A stretch of 64,000 nucleotides of DNA from a virus. Positions 48,152 to 58,200 of this stretch are shown here, one piece after another (the stretch's first letter is position 1; every line of letters begins with the position of its first letter). Both the position numbers and the translations under genes were made by a program. The stretch is taken from positions 37,474 to 101,473 of IMG/VR virus record IMGVR_UViG_2648501629_000001, one strand, 5' to 3'. The notes under the pieces were generated by a model. The model saw only the letters and a list, made by a program, of their open reading frames with translations, made no database searches and was not told the origin of the DNA.

Positions 48152-49483
48152 CTACACTTGAATCCAAATATCACCATAGGAAGCGTTAGATGGAGCATCT
48201 CCTCGAATATGGAGTCTTTTCCCTTGGATTTTGATTTGGTTATTGAATTCAATAGAAGATTCATTTCTATTTGCTGTAAAGAAGTATCTATCATGTTGCC
48301 AATCATACAATCCCATTTGCTTTGAATTGTTGTTCATGTAGAATCCCATACCAACATCACTATCATTCGCCTTAAAATGAACTCTTGTCTCCTTGTTCTT
48401 ACTGTTAAATTCAATTCCATAATCAGATGTGATAACCCCATCTCCTCGAACTCTCATATCTCCATAGAATTGAGAACGAAGAACTAGAGTACCAGTACTA
48501 TCAACGAATACACGACCAATCTCACCGTTTCCACCTTCTGCGAATATAAGGTCTCCCGAATTCATAGAGCCTGCAGGCGCACGAAGGATAATATCATTAC
48601 CGTTAGTCACGATAACATTCTTTTGGAAGTTAGGCTCTGCGTCAACTCTAGCAAATGAACTGGCATGGAATCCATCTAACTTATCAGCATCTAAACCACT
48701 CGTATGACCACTATTTCCTGTATGCCAAATCGAATGCTCATTTGTACCATCATAGAATTTAAGAGCATTTTTAATGCTAGTATGAATAACAGTTTGAGCA
48801 TTTGTATCGCCGATAATGACAGCATTTGCTGTACTAACTCGACCAATATTCAAGTCTGCGCCACCTGTAGTTTTGCCTGCGTATGATTGGTTGTTCGCCA
48901 TCGATGCCTTCCCCGTTAAAGAACCGCCACTAAGCTTTAAATAAACGTTATCATGATTATGGCTAGTCATCTTACCGTTTAGAGATACAATGTCAGCTTC
49001 TGCCTTATTAATATCAGCTTCTGCTGTTTTTAATCGACCATCGATTGCAGTTACAGATGAACTTAGAGAACTTAAGGTTGTTTGGATAGCATCAATTGAA
49101 TCTTTAGTTGCTTTCCCTAAAGCAATCCAAGTTCCTGCTGTTCCATTATAAATAGGTCGAACATACATAGTATTAGTTGTTCTATCAAAGAATGTTTGCT
49201 TTGAGATTAGCCCAACGCTCTCTACGCTTAGTAAATAGACAACTCCTGCTGACATTGTTACTGGAGCATCTGTGCAATCTTTAATTTGATATAACCCAGT
49301 ATCCTTAACTGTGGCTAGGCTCACAGATTGTACAGGCTTACCCTTAAAGAGCATCTCTTCAATATCAGATGTTACTGCTCCATTGGCATCTAATACTTTT
49401 ACTTGCTTTGTCTGCGTTTCATAATGAATGGTATTGAATTTTGTACCATCATGATGATTCGCTCTTGCCTTTTGAATTACCAA
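48152..49483 (-). CDS. tail fibre protein
   Basis: Coiled-coil neck, HNHDNVYLKLSGG, IWHTGN, SGLDADKLDGFHASSF and C-terminal APSNASYGDIWI fibre motifs. Confidence 0.8.
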   Translation of the reverse strand: MVIQKARANHHDGTKFNTIHYETQTKQVKVLDANGAVTSDIEEMLFKGKPVQSVSLATVKDTGLYQIKDCTDAPVTMSAGVVYLLSVESVGLISKQTFFDRTTNTMYVRPIYNGTAGTWIALGKATKDSIDAIQTTLSSLSSSVTAIDGRLKTAEADINKAEADIVSLNGKMTSHNHDNVYLKLSGGSLTGKASMANNQSYAGKTTGGADLNIGRVSTANAVIIGDTNAQTVIHTSIKNALKFYDGTNEHSIWHTGNSGHTSGLDADKLDGFHASSFARVDAEPNFQKNVIVTNGNDIILRAPAGSMNSGDLIFAEGGNGEIGRVFVDSTGTLVLRSQFYGDMRVRGDGVITSDYGIEFNSKNKETRVHFKANDSDVGMGFYMNNNSKQMGLYDWQHDRYFFTANRNESSIEFNNQIKIQGKRLHIRGDAPSNASYGDIWIQV

Positions 49484-49507
49484 GGCGCTTTCATCTCCTT
49501 CTTATTC

Positions 49508-50184
49508 TTACTCCCCCATTTCAAATTGTACAAATATTTCTTGTTGCAACTCCTCGTCCCACAATTGCTCTATTGAGCTAACAATTCTATCTTCTACAGG
49601 GTCGTATATGTGGAACATATCTTGACTATTAGAAGAAGGTATAACACCCTGCACAATCTTTTGAGCGTTATGATTTGCGATGTCTTGTATAATTACAACA
49701 TCATCTTTCCAAATATAGTTCAGTAGATTGTAAGGAACTATACATTCAGAGTCATGCCCATCTATCTCTACGATACATCTTGCGGTTTCGATATTAATAG
49801 ACTTTACTAATCCTGTAAAAGACTTTGTGAAATTTACATTCTTAAGTCTTTCTCCTGCAAGAATCTGAATAGTTTCTATCAGACTATTTTGGAGGTCTCT
49901 TTTCATCATGCTTTTGACTCTCCAATCTTAGATTGTACAAACTTTTTATTATTATCATTATATAAGTCTTGTACAACTACGATATCTCCAACCTTAATTA
50001 CACTTTGCAGATGCTCCATTAGCTTGCATTCTGTTTCGCTTCCATAAATCTCTACCATGCATACGAAGCCATTTACTTGCCTTACTACGCCTATATGTGA
50101 CGATGTGTAGCTTGTATTCTTTACAGCCTCATCAACCATAATTTGAATTGCCTCAATCAAACTTTCTTGAAGATTCTTCTCCAA
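49508..50184 (-). CDS. two tandem paralogous small tail/baseplate proteins (49906-50184, 49508-49909)
   Basis: Both start with xLQxSLIExIQI and align over about 90 aa. Confidence 0.65.
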
Positions 50185-50196
50185 TCAAATCACCAC

Positions 50197-50895
50197 CTAA
50201 TCGATTAGCTCAACCCAAACTAATCCTTGCTGAGTCGTTGGTGGAGTAGTTTTACTTACGATTGTTCTATCAAATAAGAACCAAGAAGTTGCATCTGTAG
50301 GAGCAGTCCCTGCTGTCGTAGCTTTTTTACAGTAGTAAAGAAATCCACCATAATCTACTGCATCTCCCAATGCGTATGCAACTGTAGCAGAGTAAGACCC
50401 TTTGTAATAAGCATTGAGTCCAGTATCGCCCTTATCTCCCTTAGTAGAGATTTTCTGCCAGTTAGCTGTGTTTGTTGGCACGATACCTTTTGCATCTTTT
50501 GTACATAGGTACAAATCGCCATTATACGTTATCATATTTTGGAATTTGTATTGAGTAGATGCGCTGTATACGCCTTTATAAGTGAAGTCTTTTACATATG
50601 TCGCCCACTCTGTCTGCTTCGTATCAATATATCCATCTACTTTTGTTAAGAAGAAGTTTTCCACATTGATTAACGCAGAAGCGAACTTATTCCAAGTTTC
50701 GGGCGTAATAATGTAATCTCCTAATGTTGTTGATAAGTTGTTTAACTCTGCCTGTTCTATTGCGTTTAGCGTAGGCTTTACCTTCAATTCTTGGTATCGC
50801 TTCGCAGATGCTACTAGACTAGGTGGCAAATCATAGAGTTCTACAAATGTATCAACTTTACTAGGGAATGAACTTAAATTCCGCAAAACAACCAT
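50197..50895 (-). CDS. tail/baseplate protein with two chitin-binding (CBM5/12)-like repeats
   Basis: YSASTQYKFQNMITYNGDLYLC and YSATVAYALGDAVDYGGFLYYC. Confidence 0.65.
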   Translation of the reverse strand: MVVLRNLSSFPSKVDTFVELYDLPPSLVASAKRYQELKVKPTLNAIEQAELNNLSTTLGDYIITPETWNKFASALINVENFFLTKVDGYIDTKQTEWATYVKDFTYKGVYSASTQYKFQNMITYNGDLYLCTKDAKGIVPTNTANWQKISTKGDKGDTGLNAYYKGSYSATVAYALGDAVDYGGFLYYCKKATTAGTAPTDATSWFLFDRTIVSKTTPPTTQQGLVWVELID

Positions 50896-51006
50896 CCTTT
50901 CTTTCAATAATTTTGCTTAATGCTATAATAGAGGAAACGAGTAACTCTCCTACTATTGTAGCATTAAGTTTCATTATTGTCAACAATTTATTTTAATAAT
51001 TTTGTT

Positions 51007-53055
51007 TTAAGGTCTCATAAATTCAACATTGAAACCAACAGCAGAAACGCCTTTTACAGCCTTGCTATTATCAAATACATTCTCTGCATTTAATGGCGTA
51101 CTTCCGTTTTCATCAGAACCACCTATTGAACCAGTATCTGTTTCATCAGCACCTATATTAAGAACCATCTTTGTTTTCACATGGTTAAATGCATTCGCTG
51201 AGAAGCCTGCTACAAACGCATCATAGCTAGTGAATACTGTATTTGCTACGATTGCATCTTGAAGTAGATTATTGGCGTTTGGAGCTTGTTTAATCGTCCA
51301 CATGAAGTCTTTCATACTCTTTCCTGCTTTGAAGCTGTGATTCAAATACTTTAATATCAAATACCCTGCAGAGTAATCATCACTTTCAGATTTGAATATT
51401 GCATTCTTCATCAACTCTGTTGCACGACTTATAATGCTCTTTATCTTTTCATCATTTGCTACTCCATTTACGGTAATTGAAATTTTAAAGCGCTCATCTG
51501 CTCCATGGATTAATTCAGCGATACCTTCCTTAAACCATTCGGGAAGTGCAACGATTTTGTTCAATCCTAGAGAGTTGTTCATGATAGCATGAACCATTTC
51601 GTGACCAAGGACACGGTCACTATACTCAGATTTTCCATTACCACTATCGCCATTCTCACCTTGAACATTGTCAAAGTCAGCTAAGTCAATTGTTAGTGTT
51701 TGAGTGCTTTCTCCCATAAATCCTGTAACATATGCTGTAGTACCATGTAAGCCTTGGTATTCGAACTTTACGATTAACTTAGAGCCATTTCCTTCTAGTC
51801 CAAGATATTCTTTTACCCTACTCTCAGCCAACGATAGCCATCCTTTATTCATAATGCCATCGATAATAATATCTGCACTCTTTTGGAAGTCACCAAGAGA
51901 ACTACCGATATCATCAAATTGATTGTAATACACCTTATGACAGCTTAACCCCATTGTATCGCTAACGCCTAGTCCAATGCCGATAGAATCAACTACATAT
52001 CTTTCTAGTTCTTTTGTGGCATGGTTTACAACTTCTATAATATTGTTTGCATCTAAGTAGTAGATTGGCAATGTATCAATATCAAGCTTCTCTTGGAATG
52101 TACTAGCCTTAAACAATTCATATCTAGCTTTTGCGTCACATTGTACATTGTTCTTAAGAGAACCATCTTTGATTACAAGGGTTCTTTTCCCTATTGTTTT
52201 TTCATGGAAAGGAGAGTCTTCTGAGATTATTGTTGCTTCTGATTTAGGCGTTACCCCTGTTTTTTCATCAACTTCACCCATTGCAAGAACTCGATTCTTT
52301 ACATTCTTATAAGTAAATGACTCTTTGAACGCTGTGATTAAGTCTGTCCCTTTGTCAAATACCCATGCAATAGGCTCTCCATCTTCTCGCTGAACCTTCA
52401 TCTTTCTAAATACAAACGTTCCATCAACATCGTAATAGCATTCCCAGTCCATGTATAAATCTCTGAGCTTTGTTAAGACATCCAAAATATTTGTACCTAC
52501 ATCGAATTCCATTTTATATGGGATTTTCAAGTCAGTGAATTCTACTTGCAGATTAAACTCTCCCAGTGACTGCATAAGCGAGATGACTGCTGTATTTAAA
52601 GGAGTATCTGCCTCAAACACCATCTTGTTCTCTAATTGCTCTTGCTCCCAACGCATCATATTATCCTGCAATTCTATATCGATGGTACGAGAGTTACTAG
52701 TGATATCAATAGCAGGCTCTGTTATATAGAATGTCCCTAAGCAGAAATGAGTCACAGTAGCCTCTGCTGATGCTAAGTTCTCTATTCCTGCATACACACG
52801 AATCTTATTCGTCATCCATAGTAAACTGTCTTTCCTTGGCAAGAATTCATCAAGAAGGATAAAGGACAGACTTCCTGCCCTTTTAATCAAACTTCCTCCC
52901 GAAACACTTACCTCTCCACCAGTGGACAATCCTTGAATTGTCTCAATCGTGTTATTATCCTTGTCTAAGACCTCTACTGTAATATAGAGTTTACGAATGT
53001 CTTGCAGATGTAAATATGCATAGTTTGCAAGCTTAGATACATCTCTGACACCCAT
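51007..53055 (-). CDS. baseplate hub/tail protein (YomG-like) fused to a C-terminal zinc metallopeptidase domain
   Basis: N-terminal hub-like region (YYDVDGTFVF, VKNRVLAMG); C-terminal DRVLGHEMVHAIM...PEWFKEGIAELIHGADER...DYSAGY. Confidence 0.78.
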   Translation of the reverse strand: MGVRDVSKLANYAYLHLQDIRKLYITVEVLDKDNNTIETIQGLSTGGEVSVSGGSLIKRAGSLSFILLDEFLPRKDSLLWMTNKIRVYAGIENLASAEATVTHFCLGTFYITEPAIDITSNSRTIDIELQDNMMRWEQEQLENKMVFEADTPLNTAVISLMQSLGEFNLQVEFTDLKIPYKMEFDVGTNILDVLTKLRDLYMDWECYYDVDGTFVFRKMKVQREDGEPIAWVFDKGTDLITAFKESFTYKNVKNRVLAMGEVDEKTGVTPKSEATIISEDSPFHEKTIGKRTLVIKDGSLKNNVQCDAKARYELFKASTFQEKLDIDTLPIYYLDANNIIEVVNHATKELERYVVDSIGIGLGVSDTMGLSCHKVYYNQFDDIGSSLGDFQKSADIIIDGIMNKGWLSLAESRVKEYLGLEGNGSKLIVKFEYQGLHGTTAYVTGFMGESTQTLTIDLADFDNVQGENGDSGNGKSEYSDRVLGHEMVHAIMNNSLGLNKIVALPEWFKEGIAELIHGADERFKISITVNGVANDEKIKSIISRATELMKNAIFKSESDDYSAGYLILKYLNHSFKAGKSMKDFMWTIKQAPNANNLLQDAIVANTVFTSYDAFVAGFSANAFNHVKTKMVLNIGADETDTGSIGGSDENGSTPLNAENVFDNSKAVKGVSAVGFNVEFMRP

Positions 53056-53077
53056 TACTATTTCGCCCTTGATATAA

Positions 53078-54031
53078 TTATTGCTCACTCACTATCCCTC
53101 CAAAATCATCATAAACCATCTTAGATGCATGCTCAGCAGGGATAAGGTCATTCTTAATCATTCTACCAAAGTCGAGTTCCCCAATTTCTGTATAGTCGAA
53201 TGATATTGTAGCTAGATTTCGCAATCCATCTTCCTGCTTATGAGCTACGATAACGTTTTGCGTAACAATTAGCATGATTATACCATTATCCATACGCAAT
53301 ACTTTTGCTCTACCGTTGTTTAATAAATCTACCCATTCCTGTCTATGAATCTGTTCTGCTATCTTATCGATACCATCTCCATTAAGAGCAATTGTCTCTC
53401 TTGATAATGGAAGAGTAGTCAATGTACCACTTCGGTATTTACTCTGACCAAAGACAACAATTGGAAACTGGCTGTTTATTGGCTGATTCAATGCAGATTC
53501 AGTGTTGTGCGTCATATCTCCTAGATTGATATCGTATTCTAGTCTTCTATTTTCCTTCTTGTCAGTGACAAAAATTCCTTCATAGGATACTAGAATTGTA
53601 TCTGATATCAACTTATCTCCTAATACCTCATTAGCTACTGGGACAACAGCATATTGATATAGTGAGCCATTTTGAACATATCTATCAACATAGTCGTATA
53701 CATTGAAGTCTTCGTTATATTCAAACTGTCCAATTACTTCCCATTTGTTTGTACCATAAACTGTACGATATAGCTGAATGTGCGTAACATGGAATCCTTC
53801 TGCGCCAATACTCCCTGCGTCTAAGTCCCCCGTAAACTTCGAATTCATAATCGTTGTAAATGTCCAAAACGTTGGTTTAGCTGTGTTGTCAGGAATCGTT
53901 GTATCTAAGTTTATATATACCTCATCATATACACCTTCACGCATCTCCAACTCATCTAACATGTCAGTGCAGATTGGTGTATCCCACACACATCCTTCTT
54001 GATATCCAAAAAAGTTGTATCCAACAATCAC
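53078..54031 (-). CDS. tail protein (distal tail/baseplate component)
   Basis: Position between the TMP-linked gene and the hub; FN3-like YDYVDRYV...YQYAVVPV. Confidence 0.6.
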   Translation of the reverse strand: MIVGYNFFGYQEGCVWDTPICTDMLDELEMREGVYDEVYINLDTTIPDNTAKPTFWTFTTIMNSKFTGDLDAGSIGAEGFHVTHIQLYRTVYGTNKWEVIGQFEYNEDFNVYDYVDRYVQNGSLYQYAVVPVANEVLGDKLISDTILVSYEGIFVTDKKENRRLEYDINLGDMTHNTESALNQPINSQFPIVVFGQSKYRSGTLTTLPLSRETIALNGDGIDKIAEQIHRQEWVDLLNNGRAKVLRMDNGIIMLIVTQNVIVAHKQEDGLRNLATISFDYTEIGELDFGRMIKNDLIPAEHASKMVYDDFGGIVSEQ

Positions 54032-54043
54032 ATTATCACCCCT

Positions 54044-55150
54044 TTACAAAATTTGTACAGATACATCTATGCGATGCTCAATTACTCTTAGATATACCAT
54101 GTAACTTGCGTCATTTGGCAACGTTAGAATATTAGAGCGATGTCTAGATGTAATATTATTCCATTCTTTAACTACAACAATTCTATCCGCATATTTCCAA
54201 AGCTGAATAGCAATCCCCTGATTCTCAATAGGACTGATTTCCATAAACTTCTTATCATTGGGGATATTCTTGCACCATACTTTCATTACAAAGTCAGATG
54301 CACGATTCATTTCTAATCCATGGAACATTAATGGCTTATCTTTAGGGATGATAATCCATTCATTATCAATGTAATCATAATTATCAGAGTCATAATCATC
54401 GTCATCATTGGGAGTTCCATCATACTTTACTATCTTGGCAGGCTTTGAGCGAATTTGATTACCAACAATTTGTTTTAAGTTGGCTTTAATTCGAACGAAA
54501 CCCTCTTCCTCATCATTTTCTGTTAATATAACACCATTGACAGCAGGTACAAGATACATAGGTATAAAGCGCTCACGATGCGTATATACCATTCCATTCA
54601 CAGTTTCGATAGAACATTCGATGAAGTATCCCTTACTCTTCTCTAGGTCTTTAATAAGCTCTGACAGCTCTTCTCCAACGCCATGCTCTCTTACTGGGTA
54701 ATGCTTGATTAGGTCTTCACTTTCGTCATATAAACTAAATCTATATGTCTTTACCTTTTCACTGTCTTTCTGTGAATACACAGCAACAAATGTTACGTCA
54801 CGATTATATACATAACCTTGACCATCGATACTCACGATGTCCAGTACAGGCGTAGCAAATGTTCTGAACTTTATCTCATTTGAATATGCAGAGTATGAGC
54901 CATCTGCAAACTTAACTCGTAATTGCGCCTTGTATTCCTTGCCATTAGTCAATACATTGGGGGCAATTGGATGAGTCTTCTCAAACGAACTCCATTCAAA
55001 GCTATATGCAATTGCATTCGTATTTACATCAGTAACAAGCAAGTGATTCTTTAATGCTTGTCTGTGACCTGTATAAGTGAAGTAGAAATTCGTTCCTTTC
55101 GTAGCATCCCAAGGTTGCACTGCTTGCAACATAGGTTTAACTTCTACCAC
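54044..55150 (-). CDS. tail protein (distal tail, FN3/Ig-like)
   Basis: Immediately downstream of the tape measure; GTG start after AAGAGGTG. Confidence 0.6.
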   Translation of the reverse strand: MVEVKPMLQAVQPWDATKGTNFYFTYTGHRQALKNHLLVTDVNTNAIAYSFEWSSFEKTHPIAPNVLTNGKEYKAQLRVKFADGSYSAYSNEIKFRTFATPVLDIVSIDGQGYVYNRDVTFVAVYSQKDSEKVKTYRFSLYDESEDLIKHYPVREHGVGEELSELIKDLEKSKGYFIECSIETVNGMVYTHRERFIPMYLVPAVNGVILTENDEEEGFVRIKANLKQIVGNQIRSKPAKIVKYDGTPNDDDDYDSDNYDYIDNEWIIIPKDKPLMFHGLEMNRASDFVMKVWCKNIPNDKKFMEISPIENQGIAIQLWKYADRIVVVKEWNNITSRHRSNILTLPNDASYMVYLRVIEHRIDVSVQIL

Positions 55151-55251
55151 AAAAACACCTCTTATTCGTTTCAATAATTTTGCTTAAGGGATAGCTATAA
55201 AAGCCATCCCTTAAGTCTTATTCTAACCTATTTACAATCATTTGTAAATGA

Positions 55252-58200
55252 TTACTTCTCCTTAGACTTTTGTAGAGCAATTTGAGGCAGGCTCATGATT
55301 GCATCCTTAATACCATCAGCAGTCTTAATGTTAGGGAATTCAACTTTTTCAAGGCTGATACTAACAGACTTGCTTTCTACACCTTTCGTCTGTGTAGGAG
55401 TTCCAAAGTTTGGAATTTTAGCAAGTAAAGCAGTTGCGAATACATCGCCTAGCTCCTTACTAATTGATTTAAACGCAGTTACGATTTCATTACTTAAGCC
55501 TTCTTGTATCTTTCCTACTGAAATGTTAGGAGGAATTACTCCACTGCCATTTAAGATGTCGTTACTTTCGTTGACATACTTACTGTAAGTTTCAATCAAG
55601 TCTTTCAAGTATTCTTCTGAAATCTTAGGGAAATCACCAACAACAGAACTATAAGCATCACTTAAGTCGCCAATGGCGTTCTTGAAGTCTTCAATGTTTT
55701 TATAGTTCCCACTCTCTGCATCCTTAAGGATACTTTCAAGTTTAGACAGGTAATCTTCTCGTCCCTGCTCTTCTAGCTTTTGCAATTCTAATTGCTTTTG
55801 AGAAAGCTCATCTTTTACTTGAGATATTTGGTCTTCATCGGCTGTATATTTCCAGTCCCAAGTACCATCAGCATTCTGCTTCAACGTTTGAACTGTTTTC
55901 TCTTTATTAAGATTCTCCAGTTTTTGTTGAAGTTCTAGGACATCTAGCTGTTTATTTAGATAGTCCATTTCGAACTTACTTAGCTTCTCTTGCTTTTCTA
56001 GAAGTTGTAGCTTGCCTTTGTACGTTTCAGTTCCAAGGTCTTTCATGCGTTTGTAAGCATCTTCAAGCGCAATTTCTCGCTCTAATCCATCCATCCACAA
56101 TTCTTGATAATCTTTGAACTGCTTAAGTGTTTTACCATTAAACATGTTCTTTTGGATATCATCCATCGTTTTAGAGAATGAGTTAGACATGATATTTTTA
56201 TTCATATCAAGTAACTCTTTATTACTATCTTGTAGAGCCTTATTGTACTTATCAACCTCTTCATTGATGAGAGACCATTCGAAGCTTCCCTCTTCGTACA
56301 TAGCTTGCTGTGCTTTAAGAGCCTCTAATGTCTTGCTGAGGTTGTCATTTCTATGCTTCTCAACGTCAAACATGTCTCCTAATAGTACGCCTCTTGCATC
56401 AAAGTTGTCTCCGCCAATGGCATCGAGAATCTCCATTGCATATCCCAAATCATTTGAAAGTTTTTCGTAATCTTTCATCGCCTTTTCTAAGAGACTAAAT
56501 TCAAATTCAAATCGCTGTTTTACAGAATCTTTGATTTTGTTCTGCGACTCAATGATTCCTTTTTCATAATCATTAATTTGCTTCTTAATCTTCTCTTCTT
56601 GGTCGTCTGTAAGGGTAGAGTCCTTTAACTGCTCTTTAAGGTTAGCGATTGCTAATTTAGCACCATTAATAGAAGCTTTAAAGTATTCTTCTTGGACTTT
56701 CAAATTATCAATGATATATCGGTTTGTTAAGGCATCTTTATCTTGTTGACTAATAGCCTTCTTCATATCGCTTTGGAATTTAGCAGTTAGGTCATCCTGC
56801 TTTTTCAACACTGCGTCATAGCTGTCATCAAGTTTCTTAACGAAGTCATACTTTTCATCCGTTAAGCCAATGCTAGATAAGTCACCAAACTTAGATTGAA
56901 TTGAGCCAACAGATGACTTGTTTCCACTTGAATACTCTGATTGCATTTTCAGCATTTGGTTGTACATTGATGCTGTAATATCGAGCTGTGCATTTGCTAT
57001 ACCAGTTACTCTGTCAACGTTCTTCTTACCAAAGAACTCCATTGCTTGGTCAACTTCTGCTTCAAGGTCAATTCTTTCTTTTGCCAGTCTCTCATACTGA
57101 TTATCACGACTTAAATCCAACTTCGTAGACGTAGATGATTCAAGGTCTGATAGGCTAGTACCACTCAATAACCCTTCTTTTAGATTGTCGATATTATTCT
57201 TCATTCTAGAAGTGTTGTCATCAATTGCATCGTTGAAGACACCTAAGTCTTCTGCTACACGAGTAAATTGAAGCTCATTAATCGCTTCTTGATACTTCAT
57301 GATAGCATCCGCTTGTTGGAGTATTTCTGAACCCATACTCTTAAGAGTACCTTCAAGCTTTTCTCCATTCTCCTTGTATTGGATACTAGCAGTTGATAGT
57401 CTATTGAATTCATTAATTAATTGAGACATATTCAGCTTAGATTTATTCATAGCCTTCTCTGTTTCAACTAATTCTTGCTCTCTATCATGGCTTCCTATTA
57501 AATCAAGTCTCTTGCCATTTAATGAGTCTGAATTACTGACAGATTGTAGTAGTGCGTCAACTCTCTTAAGCGAGTCTTCGAATCTCTCCATCTCTTGAGT
57601 GATTTGAGCTTTCTCTACTTTATCTCCAATCTCATCAATTTGGTCTCCCATAGAGCGCATTGTCTCTTGAATACCATCCATCTCATTATATAGGGACTTC
57701 CATTTATCAAGTAACTTTTGAGCCTCTTCTGCGTCTTTTCCTCTTAGATTTGCTGAGTGTTCAAGATTGTTAATCTTATTAGAGTTAGTATTAACGCTAA
57801 ACCCAAATCCTGATAACTTATTTAACGTCTCGTTCATCTCATTATCTTTAGCACCATATAATGAGCTGTAGTTGTTTATCTGTTTCTTCAACAGCGCCTG
57901 CTGTTGTCCATACAGTTTAATCAACTGTTGTTGGTTATCATTAGCTTTGTTCATAGCAGTCGTCAGTGCTTTCATTTGGCTATCTGTATCATCAATGCCA
58001 TACGTTTCTCTACTCCAGTATCTCCAAACATCACTGTTGACAGTTGCATTAGGGTTTGAATTTGATGATTCGTCATTAGATACTACTGCTCCATCTACTG
58101 CTACAGGCGACTTAATTAAGCTTCCTCCAATAGAAGATACATTAGAAGATGTTACTGCAGAAACTGACTTCGCCTCTTGTGGCTTTACAGGGATTGTTAC

